A stretch of 64,000 bases of DNA from Candidatus Parcubacteria bacterium (GTDB lineage Bacteria > Patescibacteriota > Minisyncoccia > Phycocordibacterales > PALSA-1337). A program made the position numbers and the translations under genes. Of the stretch, positions 1 to 9,250 are shown in pieces. Every line of letters starts with the position of its first letter. The stretch's first letter is position 1. A model generated the notes under the pieces. That model was given only the letters and a program-made list of their open reading frames with translations. It made no database searches and was not told where the DNA came from. The stretch covers positions 2,557-66,556 of the forward strand of contig JBEBAU010000018.1 in the NCBI GenBank assembly GCA_041158765.1, read 5' to 3'.

Positions 1-601
1 GGATTTGTTGAAAAAGATACAAGCACCAGCACGTCGCGTGTATGATTTGATTGCTGAACTTCTCAAAGAAGAAACAGGGAAGAATTGGACAAGAATAGAG
101 CTGGTGAATTTGATGAATAGTGAAATCGTTTCGTATCTTTCAGATCTTACTGTGCCTGATTTCGACAAGGTTGCACACAGAAATAGGTTTATTTTTTATA
201 GAAACCCTTCAGGGGATGCCATTGTGGAAGATCCAGCTATTATTAGTGATGTAGCAAAACTATTGCAATCGAATACTACAAAGCAGATCAAGGGAGCTAT
301 TGCATATCGAGGTAAGGTTGTGGGTAAGGTTAGTCTTGTGTTCAGTAGAGATGATCTCCACAAAATTAATGAAGGTTCTGTATTAGTTGCTCGTACAACA
401 ATGCCGGACTACATTCATGCAATGGAAAAGGCTGCTGCATTTGTCACTGATGAAGGTGGTATCACGTCTCACGCGGCTATTATTGCTCGCGAATTGAAGA
501 AACCTTGTATTGTGGGTACAACTAACTCCACAAAGGTCTTGAAAGACGGCGATATGGTGGAAGTGGATGCTGATAAGGGGGTTGTGAGAATCATTACATA
601 A
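1..601 (+). CDS. C-terminal fragment (5' end outside the window) of a PEP-utilizing-enzyme family phosphotransferase; the protein ends right after the phospho-histidine mobile domain
   Basis: Motif GGITSHAAIIARELKKPCIVG is the classic PEP-utilizing enzyme mobile (swivel His) domain; ORF is open to the window start; no PEP/pyruvate-binding barrel follows. Confidence 0.6.
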   Translation, partial: DLLKKIQAPARRVYDLIAELLKEETGKNWTRIELVNLMNSEIVSYLSDLTVPDFDKVAHRNRFIFYRNPSGDAIVEDPAIISDVAKLLQSNTTKQIKGAIAYRGKVVGKVSLVFSRDDLHKINEGSVLVARTTMPDYIHAMEKAAAFVTDEGGITSHAAIIARELKKPCIVGTTNSTKVLKDGDMVEVDADKGVVRIIT

Positions 602-792
602 ATTTGACAGTGTCGGGAATTGATTGCTACTATCGTCGAGTAGTTTTTGGTCTTCTCTATTTTTTTATGAAACATATTCACGCATATAGCGGGTCTGCTA
701 TGACCTTGGGGTATTTCTTTGGATTTACCTTGTATCTGGGACTCGGCCTCATAGTTGTTGGCGTCGTCACCGTGCTCTCTGATTTGCTCCCC

Positions 793-827
793 AAACCGCA
801 ACAAAAGTTGCGGTTTTTTATTTTTTT
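793..827. terminator. Rho-independent terminator hairpin (ccgcaac/gttgcgg, loop aaaa) flanked by an A-tract and a 13-nt T-tract; potentially bidirectional
   Basis: Seen in sequence: aaaccgcaacaaaagttgcggttttttattttttt, directly downstream of the minus-strand gene ending at 836. Confidence 0.6.
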
Positions 828-835
828 GAGATCGT

Positions 836-1249
836 TTATTTTCGATCAGATTTCTTGATTCGCTTATAGAGATGCTTCGATTCTTTTGTGAGAGCAAGGA
901 TACCAATGACCACGACGTATGTCGCTCGGACTTCGGCAGGAATTTCATAATGTTTTTCCAAAAAGATATTCACAATAAGCAAACCAAAGACAAGTAATGT
1001 CCATAAAATGACATAGAGCTCACCTGGGTGGAGAGTTTTGTGAGAGTCGTGCCAGCGTTTGAACTCCTTCTCTGCACTATAAATCGCAAGTGCAGAACCG
1101 TAGAGAACAGAGATAATAAGAATAATATTTTCGTGATCGAGTGCATTATCAGTGATGAAATCGTATACGATTGCAATAAAAAATACGATAGTCCAGAAGT
1201 TTGTGAGATGTCTCCAGATTGATTGGGTGAGAAGTGGTGCAGATTTCAT
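836..1249 (-). CDS. Hypothetical integral membrane protein (about 4 predicted TM helices)
   Basis: 137-aa ORF with strongly hydrophobic segments and a lysine-rich C-terminus; no recognisable family. Confidence 0.45.
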   Translation of the reverse strand: MKSAPLLTQSIWRHLTNFWTIVFFIAIVYDFITDNALDHENIILIISVLYGSALAIYSAEKEFKRWHDSHKTLHPGELYVILWTLLVFGLLIVNIFLEKHYEIPAEVRATYVVVIGILALTKESKHLYKRIKKSDRK

Positions 1250-1379
1250 TTTTTGTCAGATTTTCTCTTTTATTTCACTATAATTATAGCAAAAAGTTGT
1301 GCCTTGTGTCACCTATCTATTCGTGGTATTTTCTTCAACTGGTCAATGTAACAAGTTTTTTGGAGGTATATATGTGTCA

Positions 1380-1760
1380 CCTACGTCCTTCGTCCCGGGT
1401 ATACCGTCATAGCTCTCAAACTGGAGGCGTCCGTCACTTCCGTGCTCTCGAGCAACTGTGCGATCGGTTAGGCTATATTTTCACCCATCCGCTTCAGTGG
1501 TTGCTGGGCACAAAACCAGAGCAAAAGGCACCATCAAACAAGGCAGGTTCTCACTAAATCAGCCATGAACGATAAGCCGGATTCTAACGAAACCAGCTTT
1601 GATGCTGATGCTCGCCTTGCCGAAAGCAATATCCGCTGCGACTTGTTTGTCTTGGTGTTGAGCCTCGCAACTGTCGTTATTGGGTTTGGGTGGATTTGGA
1701 TCAGGCTTCCTCGGTAATTCAGGTCGTCATTTTGACGGCCTTTTTCTTTGGAAAGAGAGT
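1380..1760. other. GC-elevated apparently noncoding region; candidate structured ncRNA of unknown identity
   Basis: About 600 bp without a convincing ORF between two genes; GC is noticeably above the surrounding sequence; minus strand carries AGAAUCCGGCUUAUCG, resembling RNase P RNA CR-V (ACAGAAnCCGGCUUAUCG), but other RNase P conserved regions were not found. Confidence 0.2.
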
Positions 1761-1851
1761 TTTTTTGATAAAAAGGCCATGCTATTGACAGTTTTAATAG
1801 GTTACTGTAATATGACTTTACAAATACCATATAGGTTGATATAAATTATTT

Positions 1852-2901
1852 ATGACAACAACCCAATTCAAACCAAAAGTATCGACGAAGCGCCTCCTTA
1901 GTGTGCTTCCAGACCGAGCTCGTGATGTGCTCATAAATCGCTATGGATTGGGCAAGAGTTCTGAAAAAATGACTCTTGATGCTATTGGCAAACTCTACGG
2001 TATCACTCGAGAACGCGTTCGCCAGATCGAGAACTACGCTATCACTAATATTCGTAAGTCAGATGCATATAAGCAGGAGCGTGTTGTCTTTGCTGAAATG
2101 GAAGAAATGCTTCACTCACTCGGAGGTATTGTTGTTGAAGAAGATTTCCTCGGTTCTGTCTCAAAAGACGCTTCAACTCAGAATCATATTCATTTCCTCC
2201 TTGTTGTCGGAGATGGTTTCAAAAAGAATAAAGAAGATGATGAATTTAAGCACCGATGGCATGTGAATGAACAGCTTGCAAAGCAGGTTGAAGACTCACT
2301 TCGCAAATTGTACTCAGGTCTTTCAGATCAAGACCTCCTTCCTGAATCAGAAATGGTTGGCAAGTTCCTCGAACACCTCGAAGGTGTTGCTGAGAAGTAT
2401 AAGAATCAAGAAATTGTGAAGCGATGGCTCGGACTTTCGAAGCATATCGGTAAGAATGCAATTGGCGAATGGGGTGTTGCTCACTCACCGAATATTAAGA
2501 CCAAGGGTATGCGAGACTATGCATTCCTCGTTATTCGCAAGCATGGATCACCAATTCATTTCCGTGAAGTAGCGAAGCAGATCGGTCTTGTTTTCAAAAA
2601 GAAGGCTCACGTTGCAACTACACACAATGAACTTATCAAGGATCCACGATTCGTTCTCGTTGGTCGAGGACTCTATGCACTCGCAGAATGGGGATATATG
2701 TCAGGAGTTGTGAAGGATGTCATCAAGAAGATTATCGAGAAGCATGGTGCGCTCAGCAAGGATGAAATTATCGAGAAGGTTCTCAAGGAGCGATATGTGA
2801 AAGAGAACACCATCATGGTAAATCTCCAGAATCAGAAGCATTTCAAAAAGACAAAAGAGGGCAAGTACCATCTTTCAGAAGAAAAAGCACCAGCTGCATA
2901 G
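1852..2901 (+). CDS. Sigma-70 region 4-like HTH domain protein (N-terminal r4 HTH fused to an uncharacterised ~280-aa C-terminal domain)
   Basis: N-terminal LPDRARDVLINRYGL...TLDAIGKLYGITRERVRQIENYAITNIRK matches the sigma-70 region 4 signature; the remainder is unassigned. Confidence 0.6.
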   Translation: MTTTQFKPKVSTKRLLSVLPDRARDVLINRYGLGKSSEKMTLDAIGKLYGITRERVRQIENYAITNIRKSDAYKQERVVFAEMEEMLHSLGGIVVEEDFLGSVSKDASTQNHIHFLLVVGDGFKKNKEDDEFKHRWHVNEQLAKQVEDSLRKLYSGLSDQDLLPESEMVGKFLEHLEGVAEKYKNQEIVKRWLGLSKHIGKNAIGEWGVAHSPNIKTKGMRDYAFLVIRKHGSPIHFREVAKQIGLVFKKKAHVATTHNELIKDPRFVLVGRGLYALAEWGYMSGVVKDVIKKIIEKHGALSKDEIIEKVLKERYVKENTIMVNLQNQKHFKKTKEGKYHLSEEKAPAA

Positions 2902-2923
2902 GTAGACGCCTCCCAAGTTGGGG

Positions 2924-2964
2924 AAAAGCGCCGCCACATCTCAAATTGAGGTGGCGGCGCTTTT
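2924..2964 (+). terminator. Intrinsic terminator (gcgccgccac ... gtggcggcgc + TTTT)
   Basis: 10-bp perfect GC-rich stem with an A-tract before and a T-tract after, just downstream of the stop at 2901; forces the next gene to start at ATG 2988, not 2946. Confidence 0.7.
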
Positions 2965-2987
2965 CAATTGGTTGTATACTTTCAGAT

Positions 2988-4301
2988 ATGTTTGAGGAAG
3001 TAATTATATACGCCCCGATTTGGGGCTCAGCACTTATCGCTCTTGTGTTGGCTATTATCTTTTTGATGCCATCACTTGCGGCAGAGTATGGTGCTATCTT
3101 TTCTCAAGAACTCGCATTCTTCCTTATTACGATGCCGTACTGGTTGCCATTTTTTGGCGTCTTCGTTTTTTGGAGGACATGGGTCGTATATGTTCGTTCG
3201 AGATATCTCGCAAGTCTCAAATGGATACTACTCGAAATACGTCTTCCACAAGATGTGTTCAAATCTCCGCTTGCAATGGAGACATTCCTTATGGCGCTTC
3301 ATCAGACAGGAGGAGAGACAACATTCATTGATCGTTGGTGGAAAGGTCAGGTCCGTGCACATTGGTCACTTGAGATTATTTCAGTTGAAGGACAGATAAA
3401 ATTCATCATTTATACACAAGCCCGATACAAGACAATGGTCGAAGCTGCATTATATGCGCAGTACCCAGATATTGAAATACATGAAATTCCCGACTATACG
3501 AAGTCATTTCACTATGATCCAAAAGAGAATGATTTGTATGTTATTGATTACAAATTCAAGAATCCAAATCCATATCCAATAAAGACATATGTTGATTACG
3601 GTATTGATAGTGAACAAGTAGAAGAAGAGAACAAAATTGACCCAATCAATCACATGCTCGAATTCATGGGATCTCTTGGAGCACATCAGCAGTGTTGGTT
3701 TCAGATGATTATTCGAGCTCACAAAAAAGATCAGACAAAACCAGGTACTCTCTGGCAGAAAACAGACCTTTGGAAGGATGAAGCAAAGAAAGAAATTGAA
3801 AAAATCCGTGCTAGTTCAGTCCAAAAGACCGATGGTACTGTCGCAATCAAATTCCCAAACCCAACAAAAGGAGAACAGGAACGTATTGCTGCACTTGAAC
3901 GTGCGGTTTCGAAGCTTTCATTCGATGTCGGTCTTCGTTGTATATACATGGGTAAAAAAGAATTTTTTAATGGATCAAATATTAGCGCACAGCGAACTAT
4001 TCTCCGTGCATACAGTGCGCCACACCTCAATGAGCTCAAACCAACAGATTGGCTCGATGGTTTTGACTATCCTTGGCAGGATTTCAGAGATATGCGTAAA
4101 AAGCATAAGAAGCGTTTGGGACTCGAAGCATATAAGCGTCGCTCTTACTTCTATGCGCCAATTATTGGCAAAGAAAGACTTGTTATGTCAGTTGAAGAAA
4201 TTGCGTCAATCTTCCACTTGCCTGGTCAAGTTACTCAAACACCAAACCTTACACGTATTCCATCAAAGAAGGTCAAAGCTCCTTCAAATCTTCCAATATA
4301 A
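2988..4301 (+). CDS. Hypothetical membrane-anchored protein (two N-terminal TM helices plus a large soluble domain)
   Basis: Long ORF with protein-like composition; start moved to ATG 2988 because 2946-2964 lies in the upstream terminator; no family recognised. Confidence 0.5.
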   Translation: MFEEVIIYAPIWGSALIALVLAIIFLMPSLAAEYGAIFSQELAFFLITMPYWLPFFGVFVFWRTWVVYVRSRYLASLKWILLEIRLPQDVFKSPLAMETFLMALHQTGGETTFIDRWWKGQVRAHWSLEIISVEGQIKFIIYTQARYKTMVEAALYAQYPDIEIHEIPDYTKSFHYDPKENDLYVIDYKFKNPNPYPIKTYVDYGIDSEQVEEENKIDPINHMLEFMGSLGAHQQCWFQMIIRAHKKDQTKPGTLWQKTDLWKDEAKKEIEKIRASSVQKTDGTVAIKFPNPTKGEQERIAALERAVSKLSFDVGLRCIYMGKKEFFNGSNISAQRTILRAYSAPHLNELKPTDWLDGFDYPWQDFRDMRKKHKKRLGLEAYKRRSYFYAPIIGKERLVMSVEEIASIFHLPGQVTQTPNLTRIPSKKVKAPSNLPI

Positions 4302-4313
4302 CAATCTCACTAC

Positions 4314-5342
4314 ATGGATTTCCCAACACCAATTCCACCATTACCTCTGAATCAGGTAATTTCACAGAAAAAAGTATCGAAACTACTTATTGGTATCGTG
4401 GTCGCGGTTCTCGTGGTAATTCTATTGTTTGTCGCTGGTTTCTTTTTTTCAATGCCACCAAAGTCATTTGTTGTGGGTGATATTGTTACTGTTCCTAAGG
4501 CCACGACACTTTCAAAAGTTGCAGATATGTTAGATGAACGAGGACTTATACGGTCGAAAGATATGTTTAAAATCGCGGCGCTCATGGTCGGAGGTCGCAA
4601 TGGCGCTATGTCTGGAGATTATCTCTTCGATACGCCAGAAAGTGTTTGGACAATTGCATATCGAATTACGCATGCACAGCAGGGTATTGCACGAGTGAAA
4701 GTTACGTTTCCCGAAGGTTTCACTGTGAAAGAAATCGGTGCAACTTTGGTCAAAGCTATTCCAACATTTGATGAAAAAGGTTTTTTGGATGCAGCATCAA
4801 CTTCTGAGGGGTACTTATTCCCTGATACATATTATTTTTTTGGAAATGTTGATCCGGCTGAAGTCGTACGAGTGCTTCGCTCGGAATTTGATCGCAAGTA
4901 TGCTTCAGTTCGAAGTGATCCAGCAATCATGACTGGCAGTGTGTATGGCCGTTCAAAAAAAGACATTGTTACGATGGCGTCAATTGTTGAAAAGGAGGCC
5001 GTTGAGCAAACTGATCGAGAAATGGTTGCGGGAATTCTATGGAAGCGATTGGACAAAGGCATGCTTCTGCAAGTTGATCCGCCATTTCAGTATTTTCTTG
5101 GAAAAACAACATTTGATTTGACGTTTGATGATTTGAAAGTTGATTCACCATATAACACGTACCTTCACAAAGGATTACCACCAACACCAATAGATAATCC
5201 TGGCGTCGATGCATTACGAGCAACAATGCAAGCAAAATCGTCTCCATACTGGTTCTATCTTTCAGATAAAAAAGGGGGAATGCACTATGCTCGAACCTAT
5301 GATGAACACCTTACAAATAGAAGATTGTATCTTGGCAAATAG
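4314..5342 (+). CDS. mltG: Endolytic murein transglycosylase MltG (YceG-like)
   Basis: N-terminal TM anchor, YceG-like domain with the EGYLFPDTYYF motif and a conserved C-terminal region. Confidence 0.8.
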   Translation: MDFPTPIPPLPLNQVISQKKVSKLLIGIVVAVLVVILLFVAGFFFSMPPKSFVVGDIVTVPKATTLSKVADMLDERGLIRSKDMFKIAALMVGGRNGAMSGDYLFDTPESVWTIAYRITHAQQGIARVKVTFPEGFTVKEIGATLVKAIPTFDEKGFLDAASTSEGYLFPDTYYFFGNVDPAEVVRVLRSEFDRKYASVRSDPAIMTGSVYGRSKKDIVTMASIVEKEAVEQTDREMVAGILWKRLDKGMLLQVDPPFQYFLGKTTFDLTFDDLKVDSPYNTYLHKGLPPTPIDNPGVDALRATMQAKSSPYWFYLSDKKGGMHYARTYDEHLTNRRLYLGK

Positions 5343-5389
5343 TAGTGTGTGAAATTGTATTGCTGTCACGAAGATGGTATCGTTTGCGT

Positions 5390-6538
5390 GTGAAAAATAC
5401 ACAGCAAAAGAAGAAGGTATTCGTGGGAATGTCCGGAGGAGTTGATAGCTCGGTTTCTGCGGCATTGCTCAAACATGCCGGTTACGATGTAACTGGAGTG
5501 TTTATCAAGGTGTGGCAACCTGATTGGATTACCTGTACGTGGAGAGAAGATCGAATTGATGCAATGCGAGTAGCAGCAGTGCTCGGTATCAAATTCGTAA
5601 CGCTCGATCTCGAAGATGTGTATAAACGCGAGGTAGTTGATTATATGATTGCCGAATATCGTGCTGGGCGAACACCAAATCCCGATGTGATGTGTAATCG
5701 GTATGTGAAATTTGGTGGATTTTTTGATTGGGCAATGAAACAGGGTGCTGATTATGTTGCAACGGGACACTATGCACGAATTGTGAAAAAAGAGGGTGTT
5801 GTAGCTGGAAGTGGTGAAAATGCAGACAAAAGAAACGTGGCGATATATGAATTATGTGCAGGAGACGATCGAAACAAAGATCAGTCGTATTTTCTTTGGA
5901 CACTTGGGCAGCGCGAGCTTTCGCACACGCTGTTTCCTGTGGGTGCTATCGAAAAGCCAGCTGTGCGAAAGCTCGCGCATTCTTTCAAACTTCCAACTGC
6001 CACAAAAAAAGATAGCCAAGGCCTTTGTTTCATTGGAAAAATTGATATCAAAGATTTTCTTTCACGATATATTGAAACAAAGCCCGGTATGGTACTTGAT
6101 GAAAAAGGTGAAAAAATCGGCAGTCATGACGGTGCGGTGTTTTTTACGATGGGAGAGCGACACGGTTTCACTATTGATGCCAAGCACAAAACCCCCAATG
6201 ACAATCCGTATTATGTCGTTTCAAAAGATATTGAAAAAAATACCATAACTGTCGCTTCTGGAAAATCAGATACACAGACTTTCATACAAAAAGAGATTAC
6301 TCTTGAGCAAACGAATTGGAATACTGACATCATACCCGTAGCCACTGCCACATATTATGCTCGACCACGATATCGTGCAGCACTCGTACCAATTTCAATT
6401 CAAGATGCCAATAACACAAAAAAGACCACAAGAATTATTTTCACTGAACCACAACAAACACTTTCATCTGGACAATCACTCGTGATATACGCTGACGCTC
6501 AAGGAGAGGTGTGTATTGGTGGAGGAATCATTGCATAA
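5390..6538 (+). CDS. mnmA: tRNA-specific 2-thiouridylase MnmA
   Basis: PP-loop SGGVDSS, plus KVWQPDW and CFIGKIDIKDFL motifs; start placed at in-frame GTG 5390 (VKNTQQKKKVFVGMSGGVDSS); the ORF track's upstream ATG 5345 overlaps mltG. Confidence 0.85.
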   Translation: MKNTQQKKKVFVGMSGGVDSSVSAALLKHAGYDVTGVFIKVWQPDWITCTWREDRIDAMRVAAVLGIKFVTLDLEDVYKREVVDYMIAEYRAGRTPNPDVMCNRYVKFGGFFDWAMKQGADYVATGHYARIVKKEGVVAGSGENADKRNVAIYELCAGDDRNKDQSYFLWTLGQRELSHTLFPVGAIEKPAVRKLAHSFKLPTATKKDSQGLCFIGKIDIKDFLSRYIETKPGMVLDEKGEKIGSHDGAVFFTMGERHGFTIDAKHKTPNDNPYYVVSKDIEKNTITVASGKSDTQTFIQKEITLEQTNWNTDIIPVATATYYARPRYRAALVPISIQDANNTKKTTRIIFTEPQQTLSSGQSLVIYADAQGEVCIGGGIIA

Positions 6539-6570
6539 TTCTTGGTATACTGTTTGTCATGAATCACCTC

Positions 6571-7404
6571 ATGTACATTACCAAGGCTGATGGAGGCAAG
6601 GAGCTCTTCGAGGAAGAAAAGCTTGTTGATTCGCTTCGTCGTGTTGGTGGATCCGAAGAATTGATCGCATCGGTTGTGGAGAAGGTTGAAAGTGAAATGC
6701 GTGATGGTATGACGACTGGTGAAATTTATGCGCACGCCTTCGAGCTCCTACGACAGCGTTCAAGTCATGTTGCGGTGAAGTACTCGCTTCGCAGAGCACT
6801 TTCGGAACTTGGTCCAAATGGTTTTCCTTTTGAAAAATTTATTGCAGAAATATTTAAGACATGGGGATATCAGACACTTACTGATCAAACCGTCATGGGT
6901 TCTTGTGTACCACACGAAGTTGATATTGTTGCGTGGAATCCAGAGAAGCTAATCATGGTTGAAGCGAAGTTTCATAATGAATTCGGAATCAAATCTGATG
7001 TGAAAGTTGCACTCTATGTGAAAGCCCGCTTCGACGATATTAAGGGCGCGATATACGATTATGGAGGTATTAAGCGCGAAATGACCGAAGGCTGGCTTGT
7101 GACGAATACGAAGTTCACCGATCAAGCAATTCGGTATGGCGAATGCAAGGGTTTGAAAATGATTGGTTGGAACTATCCTGCACGTGGCAATCTCCAGCAG
7201 ATCATCGAAGGTTCAGGACTTCACCCGTTTACTTGTCTCTCAACTTTGAGTAATGTACATAAACGAGCACTTCTCGATCGAGGAATACTGCTCTGTCGTG
7301 ATATCAAAGCACAGCCGGCAATTTTGAAAGAGCTCGGTATGGATATGGCAAAAGCTAATGCAGTAATTGATGAAATAAATGAAGTGTGTGGTTTTCACGA
7401 ATAA
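6571..7404 (+). CDS. ATP-cone domain fused to an Mrr-like (PD-(D/E)XK) restriction-endonuclease domain
   Basis: N-terminal ITKADGGKELFEEEKLVDSLRRVG...EIYAHAFELLR resembles the NrdR-type ATP-cone; the central HEVDIVAWNPEKLIMVEAKFHNE resembles the Mrr_cat nuclease core; start chosen at MYITK (alternatives 6511 or 6559). Confidence 0.6.
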   Translation: MYITKADGGKELFEEEKLVDSLRRVGGSEELIASVVEKVESEMRDGMTTGEIYAHAFELLRQRSSHVAVKYSLRRALSELGPNGFPFEKFIAEIFKTWGYQTLTDQTVMGSCVPHEVDIVAWNPEKLIMVEAKFHNEFGIKSDVKVALYVKARFDDIKGAIYDYGGIKREMTEGWLVTNTKFTDQAIRYGECKGLKMIGWNYPARGNLQQIIEGSGLHPFTCLSTLSNVHKRALLDRGILLCRDIKAQPAILKELGMDMAKANAVIDEINEVCGFHE

Positions 7405-7420
7405 TAAATAGTAATTTCAC

Positions 7421-8647
7421 ATGAAAAAAACAGCATATAAGCCTCCACAAAAAATACTTGAAAAGTACGCAGATGTACTCGTGAATTTTGCTTTGGGTGG
7501 AGGAAAAGGAATAAAAAAGGGCGAGGTCGTGCGTATAACTGCAGAAGAATGTGCGAAACCGCTATTCCTTGAATTACGCAAGGCAGTGTGGCGTGCTGGT
7601 GGGCATGTGATTTCACATTATCTTCCAAGCAATGATGAAGAATACAATGTTGAAAAGGACTTTTTCGATCACGCATTGCAACATCAACTCGAATTTTTCC
7701 CTGAGCACTCACTTAAGGGTCTTATCAAGCAACTTGACCACACTATTTTCATCATTAGCGAAACAGACAAAAAGGCACTTGCAGGTGTTGATCCAAAAAA
7801 GATGATGCAAGTCGGACAAGCGATGAAGCCATTCATGGAATGGAGAAATGAAAAGGAGAATGCGGGCAAATTCACATGGACACTCGCACTCTACGGCACT
7901 GAAGCTATGGCAAAAGAGGCGGGGATGTCTCTCGAAGAATATTGGAAACAAATAATCAATGCATGCTATCTCAATGACGCTAATCCAATTGCTACTTGGA
8001 AGAAGGTCTACAAAAACCTCGAATCATATCGAAACAAGCTCAACAAAATGCAGTTTGATAAGTTCCATGTACAAGGTCCTGATGCAGATCTCTGGATTAG
8101 CTATGGTGAGAAGCGTGCATGGATGGGTGGCTCTGGTCGTAATGTGCCAAGCTTCGAACTTTTCACATCACCTGATTGTAGGGGAACTAACGGCTGGATT
8201 CGTTTCAATCAGCCCCTCTATCGCTACGGTAATCTTATTGAAGGTATTGAGCTTACATTCAAGGATGGTCATGTGGTGAAAGCTTCTGCCACAAAGAATG
8301 AAAAAGTCTTGAAACAAATGATCGCTACTGAGAACGCAGATATGGTTGGAGAGTTTTCTATGACAGACAAGCGGTTTTCAAAAATTACAAAGTTTATGGC
8401 CGAGACGCTTTTTGATGAAAATATCGGCGGGGAACACGGTAATACACATATTGCGCTCGGTAATGCATATCATGATTGTTATGCTGGAAATCCAGCGAAG
8501 GTTACCAAAAAACAGTGGCATAAGCTTGGCTACAATAATTCATCAGTGCATACAGATATGGTTTCAACTGCGCCACGCACCATCACCGCATATATGAAAG
8601 ATGGTTCAACGAAGGTGATATACAAGGATGGAATGTATGTTCTGTAG
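7421..8647 (+). CDS. Aminopeptidase of the M29 (AmpS/PepS) family
   Basis: Length and similarity to thermophilic metallo-aminopeptidase family M29 (FDENIGGEHGNTHIALG... region). Confidence 0.75.
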   Translation: MKKTAYKPPQKILEKYADVLVNFALGGGKGIKKGEVVRITAEECAKPLFLELRKAVWRAGGHVISHYLPSNDEEYNVEKDFFDHALQHQLEFFPEHSLKGLIKQLDHTIFIISETDKKALAGVDPKKMMQVGQAMKPFMEWRNEKENAGKFTWTLALYGTEAMAKEAGMSLEEYWKQIINACYLNDANPIATWKKVYKNLESYRNKLNKMQFDKFHVQGPDADLWISYGEKRAWMGGSGRNVPSFELFTSPDCRGTNGWIRFNQPLYRYGNLIEGIELTFKDGHVVKASATKNEKVLKQMIATENADMVGEFSMTDKRFSKITKFMAETLFDENIGGEHGNTHIALGNAYHDCYAGNPAKVTKKQWHKLGYNNSSVHTDMVSTAPRTITAYMKDGSTKVIYKDGMYVL

Positions 8648-8772
8648 CTTTTTTGTGAGGGATTGACAAAGCGCGATTTTTACGCTACTTTTTGATGCAT
8701 TGTAGTACCCGTGATGTGCCTGTAGCATGTTTCGGTTAGATTGAAAAAAACAACCTCCGCCACCAATTAGTT

Positions 8773-9135
8773 ATGATATTAGCCACACTCTATCACCCGA
8801 AGAGTTCTTTGGGTCCGCATCAAGCTGCGGTGATTTTGCAAACGTTCCCTGATCTTTTCCGGAACGCTGTGTATCAGGATCAGCCACAGAGCAATCGCGC
8901 TCGTAACAAAGTGTTTCTGGAAATTCGTGAATATTCTGGAAATGCAGTTACTCCGCGAATGCTGATCGTGATTGAAGTTGTGGGGCAGTTGGTCAGTAAC
9001 CACCCACTCTACAGCGAAGAGGGCTGCCGCGCTCTGAAGGATTCAATTTTGAAAAAAAATCCTGCAGCTCCCCAGAGTTTGAGCATTTTCGACTTCGACC
9101 TTGTCGTGAAATTCGCGTCCGGCATCGTTGCTTGA
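8773..9135 (+). CDS. Hypothetical small protein in a GC-elevated segment
   Basis: 120-aa ORF followed by a terminator; competing 74-aa ORF on the minus strand; coding status uncertain. Confidence 0.25.
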   Translation: MILATLYHPKSSLGPHQAAVILQTFPDLFRNAVYQDQPQSNRARNKVFLEIREYSGNAVTPRMLIVIEVVGQLVSNHPLYSEEGCRALKDSILKKNPAAPQSLSIFDFDLVVKFASGIVA

Positions 9136-9155
9136 ACTTTTCTTGTGCGACACAC

Positions 9156-9190
9156 CAAAGCCTTTCTTTTTGAAAGGCTTTTTATTTTTC
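9156..9190 (+). terminator. Intrinsic terminator (aaagccttt/aaaggcttt + T-tract)
   Basis: 9-bp stem then tttttattttt. Confidence 0.6.
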
Positions 9191-9250
9191 ACAATATATA
9201 GACACCGCCATAAACTCGAAAAAAAACCATAAATCTGTTATATTGCTCGC

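Noticed and set aside
604-858. 84-aa plus-strand ORF (small hydrophobic protein)
   Set aside because: Its coding frame runs straight through a strong intrinsic terminator (793-827) before reaching its stop. Probably not a real gene, though a shorter membrane peptide cannot be excluded.
1380-1760. tmRNA (ssrA) in the GC-rich intergenic region
   Set aside because: No tRNA-like acceptor/T-arm (GGTTCGAnTCC...CCA) on either strand. No tag-peptide frame ending in an ALAA-like sequence followed by a stop.
5366-5903. Minus-strand ORFs of 134 and 104 aa inside mnmA
   Set aside because: Antisense to a confidently assigned housekeeping gene. His/Cys-rich junk composition.
8779-9003. 74-aa minus-strand ORF as an alternative to the plus-strand hypothetical at 8773-9135
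   Set aside because: Shorter, and no terminator in its orientation. The plus-strand ORF is followed by a clean terminator. Both remain low confidence.
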